From assembly GCA_963668625.2 (NCBI GenBank), contig CAXXKA010000005.1, forward strand, positions 96,001 through 160,000: DNA of 64,000 nt, written 5' to 3'. The notes below the pieces were generated by a model, which worked only from the letters and a program-made list of their open reading frames with translations, was not told the DNA's origin and searched no databases. The DNA is from an uncultured candidate division Zixibacteria bacterium. GTDB lineage: Bacteria > Zixibacteria > MSB-5A5 > UBA10806 > 4484-95. Position numbers and translations under genes: made by a program. Positions 31,037 to 41,727 of the stretch are shown here, piece by piece; the stretch's first letter is position 1, and each line of letters opens with the position of its first letter.

Positions 31037-31815
31037 CCGGCAAGGGCGATGGCGATATGTTCGAGGCGGTGGCGGCGTTGCGCTCTCCCGGTATAGCTAT
31101 GCAGCTTTTGGATAAAATTGACAGCCCCGAAAAAGCCGTACGCGCCCGGGTAATAAAAGCGCTGGTTGCGATGGGTAAAGATATCGGGCCGGATGTCGTC
31201 TCCCGTTTGGGCTCCATAGTCGGCCAGGGTGAAACCGATGATGATAGAAGCTGGTATAAACTTCGCAACCTGATGAGGGTGCTTGGCCAGATTCGCTATA
31301 TCGCCGCTTTGCCTTATTATGAGGTAATGGCGGGCTGGAACCAGAAACGATTGAAGTACGAGATTATCACCTCCTGCGAGGCCATGCAGTCGGCCTCGGC
31401 CGGTGTGGTGCTTTCCAAACTTGCGCTCGATAAGGATCAGGAGATTCGCAAAGGAGCGGCTATCGCGATGGGCAACACCGGCCATCCCGATATGATCAAA
31501 TTCCTGCGTACGCTGTTTGATGATCCGCGCTCGGAGAAGATAATCCTGGTAGAGGCGTTGGGTAGGATAAGAGGTCCGCAGGCCAGAGACAGGTTAATCG
31601 ATTTGTATGAGGATACAACGATTTACGACAATCATGGGATTTCCTCTAAAGAGCGGGAACAGATCAAAATTTCTATATTAAAAGCATTATCTAAAATCGG
31701 GGATGATATCTCTCGCAGTAAAATAGAATTGTATGGCTCTAAGAAAAAGAGCGGATTCCTCAGGAAAGATAAGTTATCATCCACCGCCTCTGACCTTCTA
31801 AAGCAAATGGGCTGA
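31033..31815 (+). CDS. HEAT-repeat protein (probable C-terminal part)
   Basis: VRARVIKALVAMG, IRKGAAIAMG, LVEALGRI; ORF-track residues upstream of 31033 look off-frame. Confidence 0.7.
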   Translation: MTGKGDGDMFEAVAALRSPGIAMQLLDKIDSPEKAVRARVIKALVAMGKDIGPDVVSRLGSIVGQGETDDDRSWYKLRNLMRVLGQIRYIAALPYYEVMAGWNQKRLKYEIITSCEAMQSASAGVVLSKLALDKDQEIRKGAAIAMGNTGHPDMIKFLRTLFDDPRSEKIILVEALGRIRGPQARDRLIDLYEDTTIYDNHGISSKEREQIKISILKALSKIGDDISRSKIELYGSKKKSGFLRKDKLSSTASDLLKQMG

Positions 31816-31874
31816 CCATCACAGTAAATATACTATCATTTACATTATAGCACAACATCTATTCTGCCAGCCGC

Positions 31875-31928
31875 ACTGCCACTACGGCAGCGATACTGCC
31901 ATATCAACAATATTACTGCCATTATGAC
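31875..31928. promoter_or_regulatory. Putative enhancer-binding-protein upstream activator sites
   Basis: ACTGCCA at 31875, 31895 and 31915 (20-bp period); the first forms the palindrome CTGCC-actac-GGCAG. Confidence 0.5.
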
Positions 31929-32006
31929 TTACTGGATTGGCCGGAGTTAGTCTATCAAACTCTTATAAAATATCTTGTACGTTGTCTGATAATGACTTAC
32001 GCGATC

Positions 32007-32022
32007 TGGCACGGCCATTGCT
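32007..32022 (+). promoter_or_regulatory. sigma54 (-24/-12) promoter of the chaperone cluster
   Basis: TGGCACGGCCATTGCT matches TGGCACGNNNNTTGCW exactly; IHF-like TATCAAACTCTTA at 31953-31965. Confidence 0.8.
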
Positions 32023-32082
32023 TTATAAAGGTGCAGTTAGCATGAAAATAATAAGGAAATGAACTTTAAGGAGGAAATAAAG

Positions 32083-32412
32083 ATGTCAGCTAAATGTAAT
32101 AGGTGCTTACCGGCTACTGAAATAAAAGAGGACGAAAACTCGTACAAGATCATGATTGAGCTTCCGGGCTCAACCCGTGATGAGGTGAAAATCTGGCAGG
32201 AGAAGAATACTCTCACTATCAGTGGCGAGAAAAAAGCCCCGGAGGGCAATCGTATCTGGAACGAAAGAGTGTACGGTAAACTCGAGCGCTCGTTCCGCAT
32301 TCCGGGCGATGCCAACAGGGAGAAGATCGAGGCCAATTACGCTGAGGGCGTAGTCACGGTAAATATCCCGAAACTCGAGGCAGCCAAACCGAGAAACATT
32401 GAGGTTAATTAA
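32083..32412 (+). CDS. Hsp20/alpha-crystallin small heat-shock protein
   Basis: ELPG, LTISGEK, ERVYGKLERSFRIP; AAGGAGG RBS favours ATG 32083 over 32059. Confidence 0.88.
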   Translation: MSAKCNRCLPATEIKEDENSYKIMIELPGSTRDEVKIWQEKNTLTISGEKKAPEGNRIWNERVYGKLERSFRIPGDANREKIEANYAEGVVTVNIPKLEAAKPRNIEVN

Positions 32413-32430
32413 AATAAGGAGGTATGCACG

Positions 32431-32871
32431 ATGTTAAATTTAATCAAAAGAAATCCGAGGTACGCCATGGGCATGATAAATCCAGGTGATTTGGTCAACA
32501 GCTTGTTCCGCGATATGTATGGTGATGTCGAGACCGAATCGAGAACCAGATGGTTACCGTCAGTGGACATCATTGACAATACGGACGCGTTCTTATTGAC
32601 CGCGGAGTTGCCCGGTGTAAGCAAAGAGGATGTGAAAATCAACCTGAACAATAACATCCTGACAATCGAGGGTGAAAAGAAAGGCCATACCGAGGTCAAG
32701 AATGATGACGCTTACCGTAACGAGAGATACTACGGCAAGTTCACCAGGAGTTTCACATTAAGCTCGGAAATCGAAGCTGAGGAAATCAAAGCCGATTTCA
32801 AGGATGGCATACTGACCGTCAATATGCCGAAGTCAGAAAAAGTTAAACCCCGTCAAATCTCGATTAACTAA
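32431..32871 (+). CDS. Hsp20/alpha-crystallin small heat-shock protein
   Basis: WLPSVDI, AELPGV, ERYYGKFTRSF, GILTV. Confidence 0.92.
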   Translation: MLNLIKRNPRYAMGMINPGDLVNSLFRDMYGDVETESRTRWLPSVDIIDNTDAFLLTAELPGVSKEDVKINLNNNILTIEGEKKGHTEVKNDDAYRNERYYGKFTRSFTLSSEIEAEEIKADFKDGILTVNMPKSEKVKPRQISIN

Positions 32872-32942
32872 GTTGAACCATCGGCGGCTCCGGCAGTATA
32901 AACCGGGGCCGTCAAATTCGGTCTCTGGAAAAAGTCAGGTGA

Positions 32943-33059
32943 GGTGGCAGGAATCCTTTCCTGCCACCGGGATACCAGCAGAATGTCGTCAGGAAATGAT
33001 TCCTGACGACGCGCGCTAAAGCGCCAGTCATTGCGAGGAACGAAATGACGAAGCAATCT
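32943..33059. repeat. Stack of REP-like palindromes
   Basis: GGTGGCAGGAATCCTTTCCTGCCACC (also near 35475-35500), GTCGTCAGGAAATGATTCCTGACGAC, GTCATTGCGAGGAACGAAATGACGAAGCAATCT. Confidence 0.7.
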
Positions 33060-33138
33060 GTCGAAAGCCAGCAGCGCACAAACAAGCGACCGAATTTGGC
33101 GAAAAGCCGTAAGAATTAACTTAGCGAATGGAGTAAAA

Positions 33139-33282
33139 ATGATCAGCAACCCGGTAATGCAAATACTCCTGACAGTCGCGGTCGTGGCGGTTGTCATTGG
33201 TTTATTGAGGGCGAAAAAGCCCGCCACGGCAAAGGTAGTAATAAACGATGAAGAAGAGTCTATCGATATAAGGAGGAAATAA
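33139..33282 (+). CDS. Putative 47-aa single-TM small protein
   Basis: GGAG RBS; [47 protein letters not shown]; stop is 2 nt before the dnaK ATG. Confidence 0.55.
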   Translation: MISNPVMQILLTVAVVAVVIGLLRAKKPATAKVVINDEEESIDIRRK

Positions 33283-33284
33283 AA

Positions 33285-35240
33285 ATGTCAAAGATAATAG
33301 GAATTGACCTGGGTACCACCAACTCCTGTGTAGCAGTGATGGAGGGTGGCGATCCCGTGGTTATCGCGAATTCCGAGGGCAACCGAACAACGGCCTCGGT
33401 GGTGGCGATTACTAAAAGCGGCGAAAGGCTGGTTGGCCAACTGGCCAAGAGGCAAGCGGTGACCAATCCCAAGGATACCGTGTTCTCAGTGAAAAGGTTC
33501 ATGGGGAGACGTTATGATGAGGTAACCTCCGAGGTGCAGAATTTCCCGTACGAGGTAAAAAACGGCAACGGCGGCGGTGTCACTATCGCTATGAGCGGCA
33601 AGGATTACACTCCCCCGGAGGTCTCGGCGATGATCTTACAGAAGATGAAACAAACCGCCGAGGAGTATCTGGGCGAAAAGGTAACCCAGGCTGTAATTAC
33701 CGTACCGGCGTATTTCAACGACTCCCAGCGTAAAGCCACAAAGGATGCCGGTAAAATAGCCGGGCTGGAGGTGCTACGTATAATCAACGAGCCGACTGCC
33801 GCCTCATTAGCTTATGGACTGGATAAGAAAAACAACGAGAAGATTGCGGTGTACGACTTAGGTGGCGGCACATTCGATATCTCCATACTCGAACTGGGTG
33901 ATGGTGTATTCGAGGTACGTTCCACCAACGGCGATACTCATCTGGGTGGCGATGATTTCGATAAGCGTATCATCGATTATCTCGTGGATGAGTTCAGGAA
34001 ATCGGATGGTATCGATTTATCGAAAGACCCGATGGCGTTACAGCGATTGAAAGAGGCCGCCGAGAAAGCCAAGATCGAGCTTTCCAGCACCTCCGAGACC
34101 AATATCAACCTGCCGTTCGTAACCGCCGATTCCTCCGGGCCTAAACATCTGAATATAACCATGACTCGCTCGAAACTAGAACAACTCGTGGACGACCTGA
34201 TTCAGCGTACTATCGAGCCGGTAAAAAGCGCCCTTAGTGATGCCAAACTTTCGGCCTCGGATATTAATGAGATAATAATGGTCGGTGGTATGACCAGGAT
34301 GCCGAAAGTGAACGAGACAGTAAAGAGTTTCTTCGGAAAAGAACCGCATCGTGGCGTAAATCCCGATGAGGTCGTGGCAATCGGCGCGGCTATACAGGGC
34401 GGTGTACTGGCCGGGGATGTCAAAGACGTGCTGCTTCTGGATGTCACCCCGCTGTCGCTGGGTATCGAAACCCTGGGCGGAGTGTTCACCCGTCTGATAG
34501 AGCGCAACACCACTATCCCGACCAAGAAATCGGAGGTGTTTTCGACCGCCGCCGATAACCAGACCACGGTAGAAATTCATGTCCTTCAGGGCGAACGCGA
34601 GATGGCCGTGGATAATAAGACAATCGGCAGATTCCATCTCGATGGTATCCCACCGGCGCCGCGTGGCCTGCCACAAGTAGAGGTAACTTTCGATATCGAT
34701 GCCAACGGCATACTAAATGTCTCGGCTAAGGATAAAGCCACCGGCCGCGAGCAGTCGATCCGTATCGAGGCATCGAGCGGGCTGTCCGAATCCGAAATCG
34801 ATAAGATGGTCAAGGACGCTAAGGCGAACGAGTCGGAGGATAAAAATAAGCGCGAACGTATCGATGCTATCAACACCGGCGATTCGATGGCTTATCAGAC
34901 CGAGAAACAGCTCAAAGACCTGGGCGATAAGATTAACGCTGATGATAAAGCCAAAGTGCAGGCGGCTGTAGATAGATTGAAAGATGCCGTAAAGCGTGAA
35001 AACATCGAGGAGATAAAATCCTCCACTGATGCCTTGAATGCGATCTGGCATGAGGTGTCCGCCAAGATGTATCAAAGCCAGGGCGATCCAAATGCTCAAG
35101 CGGGACAACCCGGCAATGGCAATGGTAATGGAAACGGAGATGGTCACGGAGGACAGGCAGATAATCAGTCAAGCGATAGTAACTCGAATTCAAACGATGA
35201 CGCAGTCGATGCCGATTTCGAGGTGGTTAACGACAAGTAG
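33285..35240 (+). CDS. dnaK: Chaperone DnaK
   Basis: [25 protein letters not shown]; full length. Confidence 0.99.
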   Translation: MSKIIGIDLGTTNSCVAVMEGGDPVVIANSEGNRTTASVVAITKSGERLVGQLAKRQAVTNPKDTVFSVKRFMGRRYDEVTSEVQNFPYEVKNGNGGGVTIAMSGKDYTPPEVSAMILQKMKQTAEEYLGEKVTQAVITVPAYFNDSQRKATKDAGKIAGLEVLRIINEPTAASLAYGLDKKNNEKIAVYDLGGGTFDISILELGDGVFEVRSTNGDTHLGGDDFDKRIIDYLVDEFRKSDGIDLSKDPMALQRLKEAAEKAKIELSSTSETNINLPFVTADSSGPKHLNITMTRSKLEQLVDDLIQRTIEPVKSALSDAKLSASDINEIIMVGGMTRMPKVNETVKSFFGKEPHRGVNPDEVVAIGAAIQGGVLAGDVKDVLLLDVTPLSLGIETLGGVFTRLIERNTTIPTKKSEVFSTAADNQTTVEIHVLQGEREMAVDNKTIGRFHLDGIPPAPRGLPQVEVTFDIDANGILNVSAKDKATGREQSIRIEASSGLSESEIDKMVKDAKANESEDKNKRERIDAINTGDSMAYQTEKQLKDLGDKINADDKAKVQAAVDRLKDAVKRENIEEIKSSTDALNAIWHEVSAKMYQSQGDPNAQAGQPGNGNGNGNGDGHGGQADNQSSDSNSNSNDDAVDADFEVVNDK

Positions 35241-35278
35241 TAGCTGCTTTTTTATATAAATAAACGATGGCATAACAA

Positions 35279-35316
35279 GGCAGAAGGGGCGTATTGCAAC
35301 ATACGCCCTTTTTGCC
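35279..35316 (+). terminator. REP-derived hairpin / probable terminator after dnaK
   Basis: GGCAGAAGGGGCGTAT-tgcaac-ATACGCCCTTTTTGCC; related to the GGGCGTATTGCCAAACGCCC palindrome near 9847. Confidence 0.55.
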
Positions 35317-35558
35317 GCCTGAAAATAATGCATGCCAGTTATTACAAGCAGCAAAGCGACACGGTTATCTCCACAGGATCAGCAGTGCGGTTAAATGCAT
35401 AGCCCCTCGCTGCGAAGCGCTGTTTCGTAATGATGTTTGAAAGGACAATACCTGCATTTTCTGCCGATTACTGCGGTGGCAGGAATCCTTTCCTGACACC
35501 GGAATACGGGCAGAAAGTTGCAAAAAAGAATGGAGCCATTAATTTCTGCCGATAAAGT

Positions 35559-35587
35559 TTGACAGTTCCGGCATTCGTGAATAGATT
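35559..35587 (+). promoter_or_regulatory. Putative sigma70 promoter for the J-domain genes
   Basis: TTGACA-17-TAGATT; implies the ORF-track TTG start at 35559 is actually the -35 box. Confidence 0.5.
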
Positions 35588-35603
35588 TACCGAAAGACGT
35601 GAA

Positions 35604-36197
35604 ATGCCAATGAAAAACTACTACGAAATACTCGAACTAGCGGTCGATGCCGATCCCGGGATGATCAAATCGGCGTTTAAAAGGCTGGCCAAGCGATGCC
35701 ACCCGGATATCTCGGGGGATTGCGGGGATCAATTTAAAAAATTAAAACAGGCGTTCGACACCCTCTCCGATCCCGGCAAACGTCGCAGCTATGATAGCAG
35801 AATTGGCGTAAACAATCGGGCGAATCGCTCTTACGATGATGGTCGAATACGGGTACCGAAAGTTTCGAGGGATGTTTTTGATGATATTGTCGATGTTTTC
35901 TCGGACAGGTTTGGTTTATCCAGAAAGCAAGAATTGACTTTTGAATTATATCTATCGAATTATGAGTTCGAACACGGCACGAGCACTATGATAACAATTC
36001 CTCAGGAAAAAATATGCCCATCCTGTTTCGGATTCGGCGGAACTCTATTACAAAAATGCCTCGCCTGCGAGGGCTCTGGGCTGGTCTCTTACGGGGTCGA
36101 TTTCGACCTGGTGTTAGACCCACCGCTGGAACCGAATCAAGTTTATAAGATTAAAAGGGGTAATTACGATCTGAGGTTCGTATTGAGAAAGAGGTAA
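35604..36197 (+). CDS. Short J-domain protein with a single zinc-finger pair
   Basis: NYYEIL..HPD..AFDTLSDP; CPSCFGFG and CLACEGSG. Confidence 0.85.
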   Translation: MPMKNYYEILELAVDADPGMIKSAFKRLAKRCHPDISGDCGDQFKKLKQAFDTLSDPGKRRSYDSRIGVNNRANRSYDDGRIRVPKVSRDVFDDIVDVFSDRFGLSRKQELTFELYLSNYEFEHGTSTMITIPQEKICPSCFGFGGTLLQKCLACEGSGLVSYGVDFDLVLDPPLEPNQVYKIKRGNYDLRFVLRKR

Positions 36198-36203
36198 CAA
36201 GAT

Positions 36204-37379
36204 ATGGCTGATTTTTACAATATATTAGGTGTCACAGAAAACGCCTCCAAAGATGAGATAAAAAAATCATATAGAAAACTGGCTAAGAAATATCATCCCG
36301 ACGCTAACCCAAACGATGGCCAGGCCGAGAAGAAATTCAAGGAGATATCCGAGGCCTATAATGTCCTGTCCGATCCGAAGAAAAAACAACAGTACGATAT
36401 GATGCGCAAATACGGCGCAGGCGCGGGAGCCGGCCAGGGTGGGTTCTCCGGTTTTGGCGGTGGCGCAGGCGGCGCACAGGGATTCTCGTTCGAGGATATA
36501 ATGTCCCAGTTTGCCGGGCAGGCAGGGGCAAAAAGAGGCGGTAGAAGGCAACAATCCGATGGTTTTGGCTCGTTTGCCGATATTTTCTCCTCGCTTTTCG
36601 GAGATCAATCAGCCGGTTTCAGCGGTTTTAATGGAAAACAGCAAACCTCAGCCGCTCCCCAAAAAGGACAGGATGCACTCTCTGATATCGAAATTCCATT
36701 CGAGGATTCGGTAAAAGGAGGCGAGCGCAAAGTAAGGATCAATGTAGAACAAAGCTGCGATCAATGCCACGGCTCAGGTATTACGCCGGGAAGTAAGACC
36801 ACGACTTGTCCGGAATGTAAAGGATCGGGGCGTGTAACATTTGCACAGGGAGGATTCTCTGTTGCTCGACCTTGCCCGCGATGTCTCGGAAAGGGGAGAT
36901 TAAGCGGAAATCCCTGTAAAAAATGCTCCGGTAGCGGCAAAACATTCGGTCCAAAGACAATCAAAATCAATATTCCAAAAGGGATCGAATCCGGCAAGAA
37001 AATCCGCTTGAAAGGATTAGGCAATCCCGGCAAACATGGAGGCCCGGCCGGTGATTTATTTTTACGCATTAATATAAAAGGACATAGCTATTTTTGGCGT
37101 GAGGGTAAAGATATATACTGCAAAGTGCCGATAAACCTAAAACAAGCCATTCTTGGCGGTAAAATCGAGGTTACGACATTGTCGGGCAAAAAAGTCGAAC
37201 TGAAAATCCCAGCGGGAACCTCACCCGGCCAAAGATTTCGATTAAAAGGAATGGGACTGGCTTTAAATGGCAGTAGCGGCAATCAGTATGTTGAGATAAC
37301 GGTTGAGATACCGAAAAAACTGAATAGTGAGCAGAAAGAGCTATTCGAAAAATTTGCCGATAAGGCCGGCATGCACTAA
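36204..37379 (+). CDS. dnaJ: Chaperone DnaJ
   Basis: J domain with HPD, G/F-rich linker, four CxxCxGxG repeats, C-terminal domain. Confidence 0.96.
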   Translation: MADFYNILGVTENASKDEIKKSYRKLAKKYHPDANPNDGQAEKKFKEISEAYNVLSDPKKKQQYDMMRKYGAGAGAGQGGFSGFGGGAGGAQGFSFEDIMSQFAGQAGAKRGGRRQQSDGFGSFADIFSSLFGDQSAGFSGFNGKQQTSAAPQKGQDALSDIEIPFEDSVKGGERKVRINVEQSCDQCHGSGITPGSKTTTCPECKGSGRVTFAQGGFSVARPCPRCLGKGRLSGNPCKKCSGSGKTFGPKTIKINIPKGIESGKKIRLKGLGNPGKHGGPAGDLFLRINIKGHSYFWREGKDIYCKVPINLKQAILGGKIEVTTLSGKKVELKIPAGTSPGQRFRLKGMGLALNGSSGNQYVEITVEIPKKLNSEQKELFEKFADKAGMH

Positions 37380-37391
37380 AGGATATACCAG

Positions 37392-37838
37392 ATGGGAAAG
37401 CAGTTTTTAGTTAAAAAACTGGTGGAAAGCCAGGAGATTCAAGAATCTTATGATGCCAAAAACTACTACGAAGCAGTGATGAAATGCCGGGCCTATCTTG
37501 AGGGCTGGCTTTTGGAGTATATCTATGCTATACTTTATCCCACGGATGCTCTTGGCACCAAGGAAAACCGCGCCCTGGTAGAAAGCCGTTTCGATGGAAT
37601 GTATATGATGATGAACTGGCTTTTAAAACAGGGACATATCACTCAGAACGAGCAAGAGAATCTGAATAAAGTCAGGCAGTTCTGCGAAAAAGTAATACAT
37701 AAAGGCGATGTGCATAAAGTGGCCAGTATGGATGTTTTAGATAAATACATTGAGGTAACCGTTCATTATTGCCAGAAATACAAATTGCTGACCCATAGCT
37801 TAATCGAGAAAGCTACCGGTCAAAAAATCAAGCTTTAA
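37392..37838 (+). CDS. Helical hypothetical protein, possibly HEPN-like fold
   Basis: AAGGA RBS; YYEAVMKCRAYLEGWL ... LNKVRQFCEKVIH. Confidence 0.7.
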   Translation: MGKQFLVKKLVESQEIQESYDAKNYYEAVMKCRAYLEGWLLEYIYAILYPTDALGTKENRALVESRFDGMYMMMNWLLKQGHITQNEQENLNKVRQFCEKVIHKGDVHKVASMDVLDKYIEVTVHYCQKYKLLTHSLIEKATGQKIKL

Positions 37839-38014
37839 TAATGCTAAGAATATGTAGTTTGGGTTTGTTGAATAGGTCGTTTTTAGCGGCTGAGGGAACA
37901 CGGCAATCTGTATGATGATGTTGTGTATGCTGACAGATACCATAGCTGTTCCTTTAATCTCATAATCACTGTTTCTAATTATCTCAACAGCCCGGTATCA
38001 AGGAGTATTAGTAC

Positions 38015-40642
38015 ATGAAGTATGAAAAATTCACACAAAATTCAAGAGAGGCTCTCGAATACGCCACCCAGTTGGCACAATCGAGCTCCCATTCGCAAAT
38101 AGAGAGCGTTCATCTGTTAAAAGCATTGCTTACCCAGCGTGATGAGGGTATCACAGATGATTTGCTTAAAGAGGCCGGTATCGATATCCGGCTTTTAGAT
38201 AATACACTGGATAAAGCTTTAGAGAAATTGCCTCGTTTAAGCGGCCAGGCTAAGATATATATATCGAATGATTTACATCAGGCTTTAAACTCCTCGTTCA
38301 AATACGCCGAGCAGTTCAAGGATGAGTATGTCTCAACCGAACATATTCTCCTTGGCCTACTTCAAAATAAAGCCGATCAGACAGCTAAAATACTTTCCGA
38401 GGCCGGATTAAGCGAGGATAAGCTGTTAAAGGCGATGTCCAAAGTGCGAGGCAATCAGCGAGTTACGGATGATAATCCGGAATCAAAATATAAAGTTCTG
38501 GAACGCTATTCGCGCGACCTGACGGCTCTGGCCAAACAGGGCAAGCTCGATCCGGTAATCGGCAGGGATGAGGAGATACGGCGCGTGTTAAAAATACTCT
38601 CGCGTCGCACCAAGAATAATCCGGTGCTGGTCGGTGAGCCTGGCGTCGGGAAAACAGCAATAATCGAGGGATTGGCGCTGAAAATCGCTCAAGGCGAGGT
38701 GCCGCAGTCGATTCTCGATAAAAAGATTATTAGCCTGGATCTGGGTTCTCTTATAGCCGGCTCGAAATTCCGGGGCGAGTTCGAGGAGAGGCTTAAAGCT
38801 ATACTTAAAGAGGTGGAGAACTCCAAGGGTGAGCTGATATTGTTTATAGATGAGCTTCACACAATAGTAGGCGCGGGCGCAGTTTCGGGGGCTATGGATG
38901 CCTCGAATATGCTTAAACCTGCGTTGGCTCGCGGTGAGCTTAAATGTGTAGGAGCTACTACTCTTGATGAGTATCGAAAACATATCGAAAAAGACGCCGC
39001 TTTAGAAAGACGTTTCGCACCGGTAGTGATAGAGCAACCCTCTGTCGAGGATACGATTTCGATACTGCGTGGGCTGAAAAGCCGCTATGAGATTCATCAC
39101 GGTATAAAAATCTCAGATGCCGCTATCATGGCCGCCGCCAAGCTCTCCGATCGTTATATATCCGATAGATTCCTGCCGGATAAAGCTATCGACTTGATGG
39201 ATGAGGCCGCCGCCGAAGCGCGTTTGGAGATCGATTCCATGCCGGCCGAGCTGGATACTATCGAAAAACGGATCAAGCAGCTCGAGGTAGAGAAAGAGGG
39301 AATAAAAAGCGAGCCGGATTACGAGGAACGCTTAAATCCGATACAGTCGGAGTTGGATGATCTCTATAAAGAAAAGGATGAGCTGAGCGGCCAGTGGCGT
39401 AACGAAAAAGAAATCATTGAGAAAATAAAAGCCTTGAAAGAACGTCAGGATAAGCTGGGGCAGGAAGTAGAGCAGGCCATCCGCGAAGCTAACTACGAAC
39501 GAGCAGCCAAACTCCGCTACGGCGAAACAGGCGAAATCGCAGCCGAACTGGAGCGATTGAACGCCGAGTTGGCCGAGATACAGAGCCAGGGCAGCATGAT
39601 ATCCGAGGAGATAAAAGCCGCTGATATAGCCGAGATAGTCTCCAAATGGACTGGCATCCCCGTGTCCGATCTTACCGAGGCTGAAGCCGAAAAGCTGATA
39701 CATCTCGAGGATAAACTTCACGAGCGGGTTATTGGCCAGGATGAGGCGGTTGAGGCTGTAGCAAACGTAGTCAGATCCTGCAGAGCAGGTCTTTCCGATC
39801 CTGATCGACCATCAGGCTCGTTTATATTTTTGGGGCCTACCGGCGTTGGTAAAACCGAGTTAGCCAGAACCCTGGCTGAATCCCTGTTTGGCTCGGAAAG
39901 CGCCATTATTCGTATCGATATGTCGGAATACATGGAGAAATTCTCGGTTTCACGTTTGATTGGCGCGCCTCCGGGATATGTCGGTTATGATGAGGGCGGG
40001 CAGCTCACCGAGGCGGTACGCCGCCACCCGTACAGTGTGGTACTCCTGGATGAGATAGAGAAAGCTCATCCCGAGGTACATAACCTTCTGTTGCAGCTTT
40101 TAGATGATGGAAGATTGACCGACAATCAGGGGCGAATAGTCAGTTTCAAGAACGTTATAGTGATTATGACCTCCAATATAGGCGCCGAGTATATCATGGA
40201 GCAATCCTCGCGTATTGATGATTCCAATCGCGAACGTTTGCTTGAGGAGATAAAAGAGGAAGTAGTATACAAATTAAAACAAACACTCAGGCCGGAGTTT
40301 CTTAATCGAATCGATGATATAGTAGTGTTCTCCTCACTGGCTAAAACCGAGATCAAGCAAATAGCCCGACTAGAGTTGGATAAACTCTCCAATCGCCTGT
40401 TAGATAGAGATATAAGTATCGAGTATGATGACTCGGTTATTGAGCTTATAGCCGATATCGGGTACGAACCACAATTCGGCGCCAGGCCGTTAAAACGAGC
40501 TATTAAAAAGCTGGTAGCCCAACCTCTAGCGGAGCATCTGCTAAAAAATACCTTCAAGCCTAATGATAAAATCAGGGTAGAGTTAGTAGGCGGTGATATT
40601 AAATTCAGAAAATCTGGATCAAAAGAGGTTGAAAAAGTATAA
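38015..40642 (+). CDS. clpB: ATP-dependent chaperone ClpB
   Basis: Clp N-repeats, GEPGVGKT and GPTGVGKT Walker A motifs, long coiled-coil middle domain. Confidence 0.96.
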   Translation: MKYEKFTQNSREALEYATQLAQSSSHSQIESVHLLKALLTQRDEGITDDLLKEAGIDIRLLDNTLDKALEKLPRLSGQAKIYISNDLHQALNSSFKYAEQFKDEYVSTEHILLGLLQNKADQTAKILSEAGLSEDKLLKAMSKVRGNQRVTDDNPESKYKVLERYSRDLTALAKQGKLDPVIGRDEEIRRVLKILSRRTKNNPVLVGEPGVGKTAIIEGLALKIAQGEVPQSILDKKIISLDLGSLIAGSKFRGEFEERLKAILKEVENSKGELILFIDELHTIVGAGAVSGAMDASNMLKPALARGELKCVGATTLDEYRKHIEKDAALERRFAPVVIEQPSVEDTISILRGLKSRYEIHHGIKISDAAIMAAAKLSDRYISDRFLPDKAIDLMDEAAAEARLEIDSMPAELDTIEKRIKQLEVEKEGIKSEPDYEERLNPIQSELDDLYKEKDELSGQWRNEKEIIEKIKALKERQDKLGQEVEQAIREANYERAAKLRYGETGEIAAELERLNAELAEIQSQGSMISEEIKAADIAEIVSKWTGIPVSDLTEAEAEKLIHLEDKLHERVIGQDEAVEAVANVVRSCRAGLSDPDRPSGSFIFLGPTGVGKTELARTLAESLFGSESAIIRIDMSEYMEKFSVSRLIGAPPGYVGYDEGGQLTEAVRRHPYSVVLLDEIEKAHPEVHNLLLQLLDDGRLTDNQGRIVSFKNVIVIMTSNIGAEYIMEQSSRIDDSNRERLLEEIKEEVVYKLKQTLRPEFLNRIDDIVVFSSLAKTEIKQIARLELDKLSNRLLDRDISIEYDDSVIELIADIGYEPQFGARPLKRAIKKLVAQPLAEHLLKNTFKPNDKIRVELVGGDIKFRKSGSKEVEKV

Positions 40643-40698
40643 ATATATATTATATTGAAATTGCAAAATCTCTAATCATTGATTAAACGGAGTAAGTA

Positions 40699-41136
40699 AT
40701 GAAATCGATTAATGGCATAACTATACTTATTCTCGCGGCTGCGGGCGTCATCGGATGCTCCTCTGAACCGCAAAGTCAACAGACGCAGCAAACAGAGCAG
40801 ACTCAATCCCAGGTTCAACCTCAGACTGAGAAAGCACTTTTCGATCTGGCGACAAAAGCTGAAATCGCCAATAGGTTCGAGGATGCTATCGGCTACTACG
40901 ATCAGATCATAGCCGAATACCCGGATTCACCAGGACTGGATAAAGCCCTGTTCATGGCCGGCTATATTAAATATGAATATAAAAAGGAGCCGAAACAGGC
41001 TCTGGAGAATTTCAATAAGGTTATAGAGGAGTACCCGAATTCCGACCTGGTTGATGATGCCGAGTTCATGATTAAAGCTATCAACTCCGGCAAGGATGCC
41101 CTAACAACATTCGAGGAAACCAGTTCCGGGAATTAA
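40699..41136 (+). CDS. TPR-containing lipoprotein (BamD/CpoB-like repeats)
   Basis: Lipobox VIGC; two EYPxS TPR motifs. Confidence 0.8.
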   Translation: MKSINGITILILAAAGVIGCSSEPQSQQTQQTEQTQSQVQPQTEKALFDLATKAEIANRFEDAIGYYDQIIAEYPDSPGLDKALFMAGYIKYEYKKEPKQALENFNKVIEEYPNSDLVDDAEFMIKAINSGKDALTTFEETSSGN

Positions 41137-41289
41137 TCATTTTAGAATAGCAGTGTTTGTGTTGTAACGGGGGGTTCACTTTCATCCATTATTATTACAA
41201 ATAACTTGCTTTTCTGTTGACATTAGACTGAACCGCTATTAAAATTTCGGTTTATCAATTTCAGCCCGAACAAAATCTCCGGAGGGGTT

Positions 41290-41727
41290 TTGCGAATCGT
41301 TCTTCAAAGGGTGAAAAAGGCATCAGTTGCCGTTAATAATGAAATCATCGGTAAAATAGATCGAGGATTTCTTGTTCTTCTGGGCGCGGCTAAAGGCGAT
41401 ACCGGGGAAAGAGTACAATATTGGGCTGATAAATGCTCCGGTATGAGAGTGTTCGAGGATGATGCGGGCAAGATGAATTTAGCGATCGGTGACATTGGCG
41501 GCGAGATGCTTATTGTTTCGCAATTCACGTTATGCGGCGACATCGCTAAGGGAAGGCGGCCGTCATTCGATAAGGCCATGCCTCCCGAGCAAGCGGAGAA
41601 ACTCTATGATAGTTTCTGCGATAAAATTAAAGCTAAAGGAATCGAAGTACAGACCGGTCGTTTCGGCGCCAGGATGGATGTTGAACTTATAAACGATGGA
41701 CCTGTAACATTGATATTGGAAGATTGA
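41290..41727 (+). CDS. dtd: D-aminoacyl-tRNA deacylase
   Basis: MRIVLQRV, VSQFTL, NDGPVT. Confidence 0.95.
   Translation: MRIVLQRVKKASVAVNNEIIGKIDRGFLVLLGAAKGDTGERVQYWADKCSGMRVFEDDAGKMNLAIGDIGGEMLIVSQFTLCGDIAKGRRPSFDKAMPPEQAEKLYDSFCDKIKAKGIEVQTGRFGARMDVELINDGPVTLILED

Noticed and set aside
31816-33284. CIRCE operator for the chaperone genes
   Set aside because: No TTAGCACTC-N9-GAGTGCTAA found by eye.
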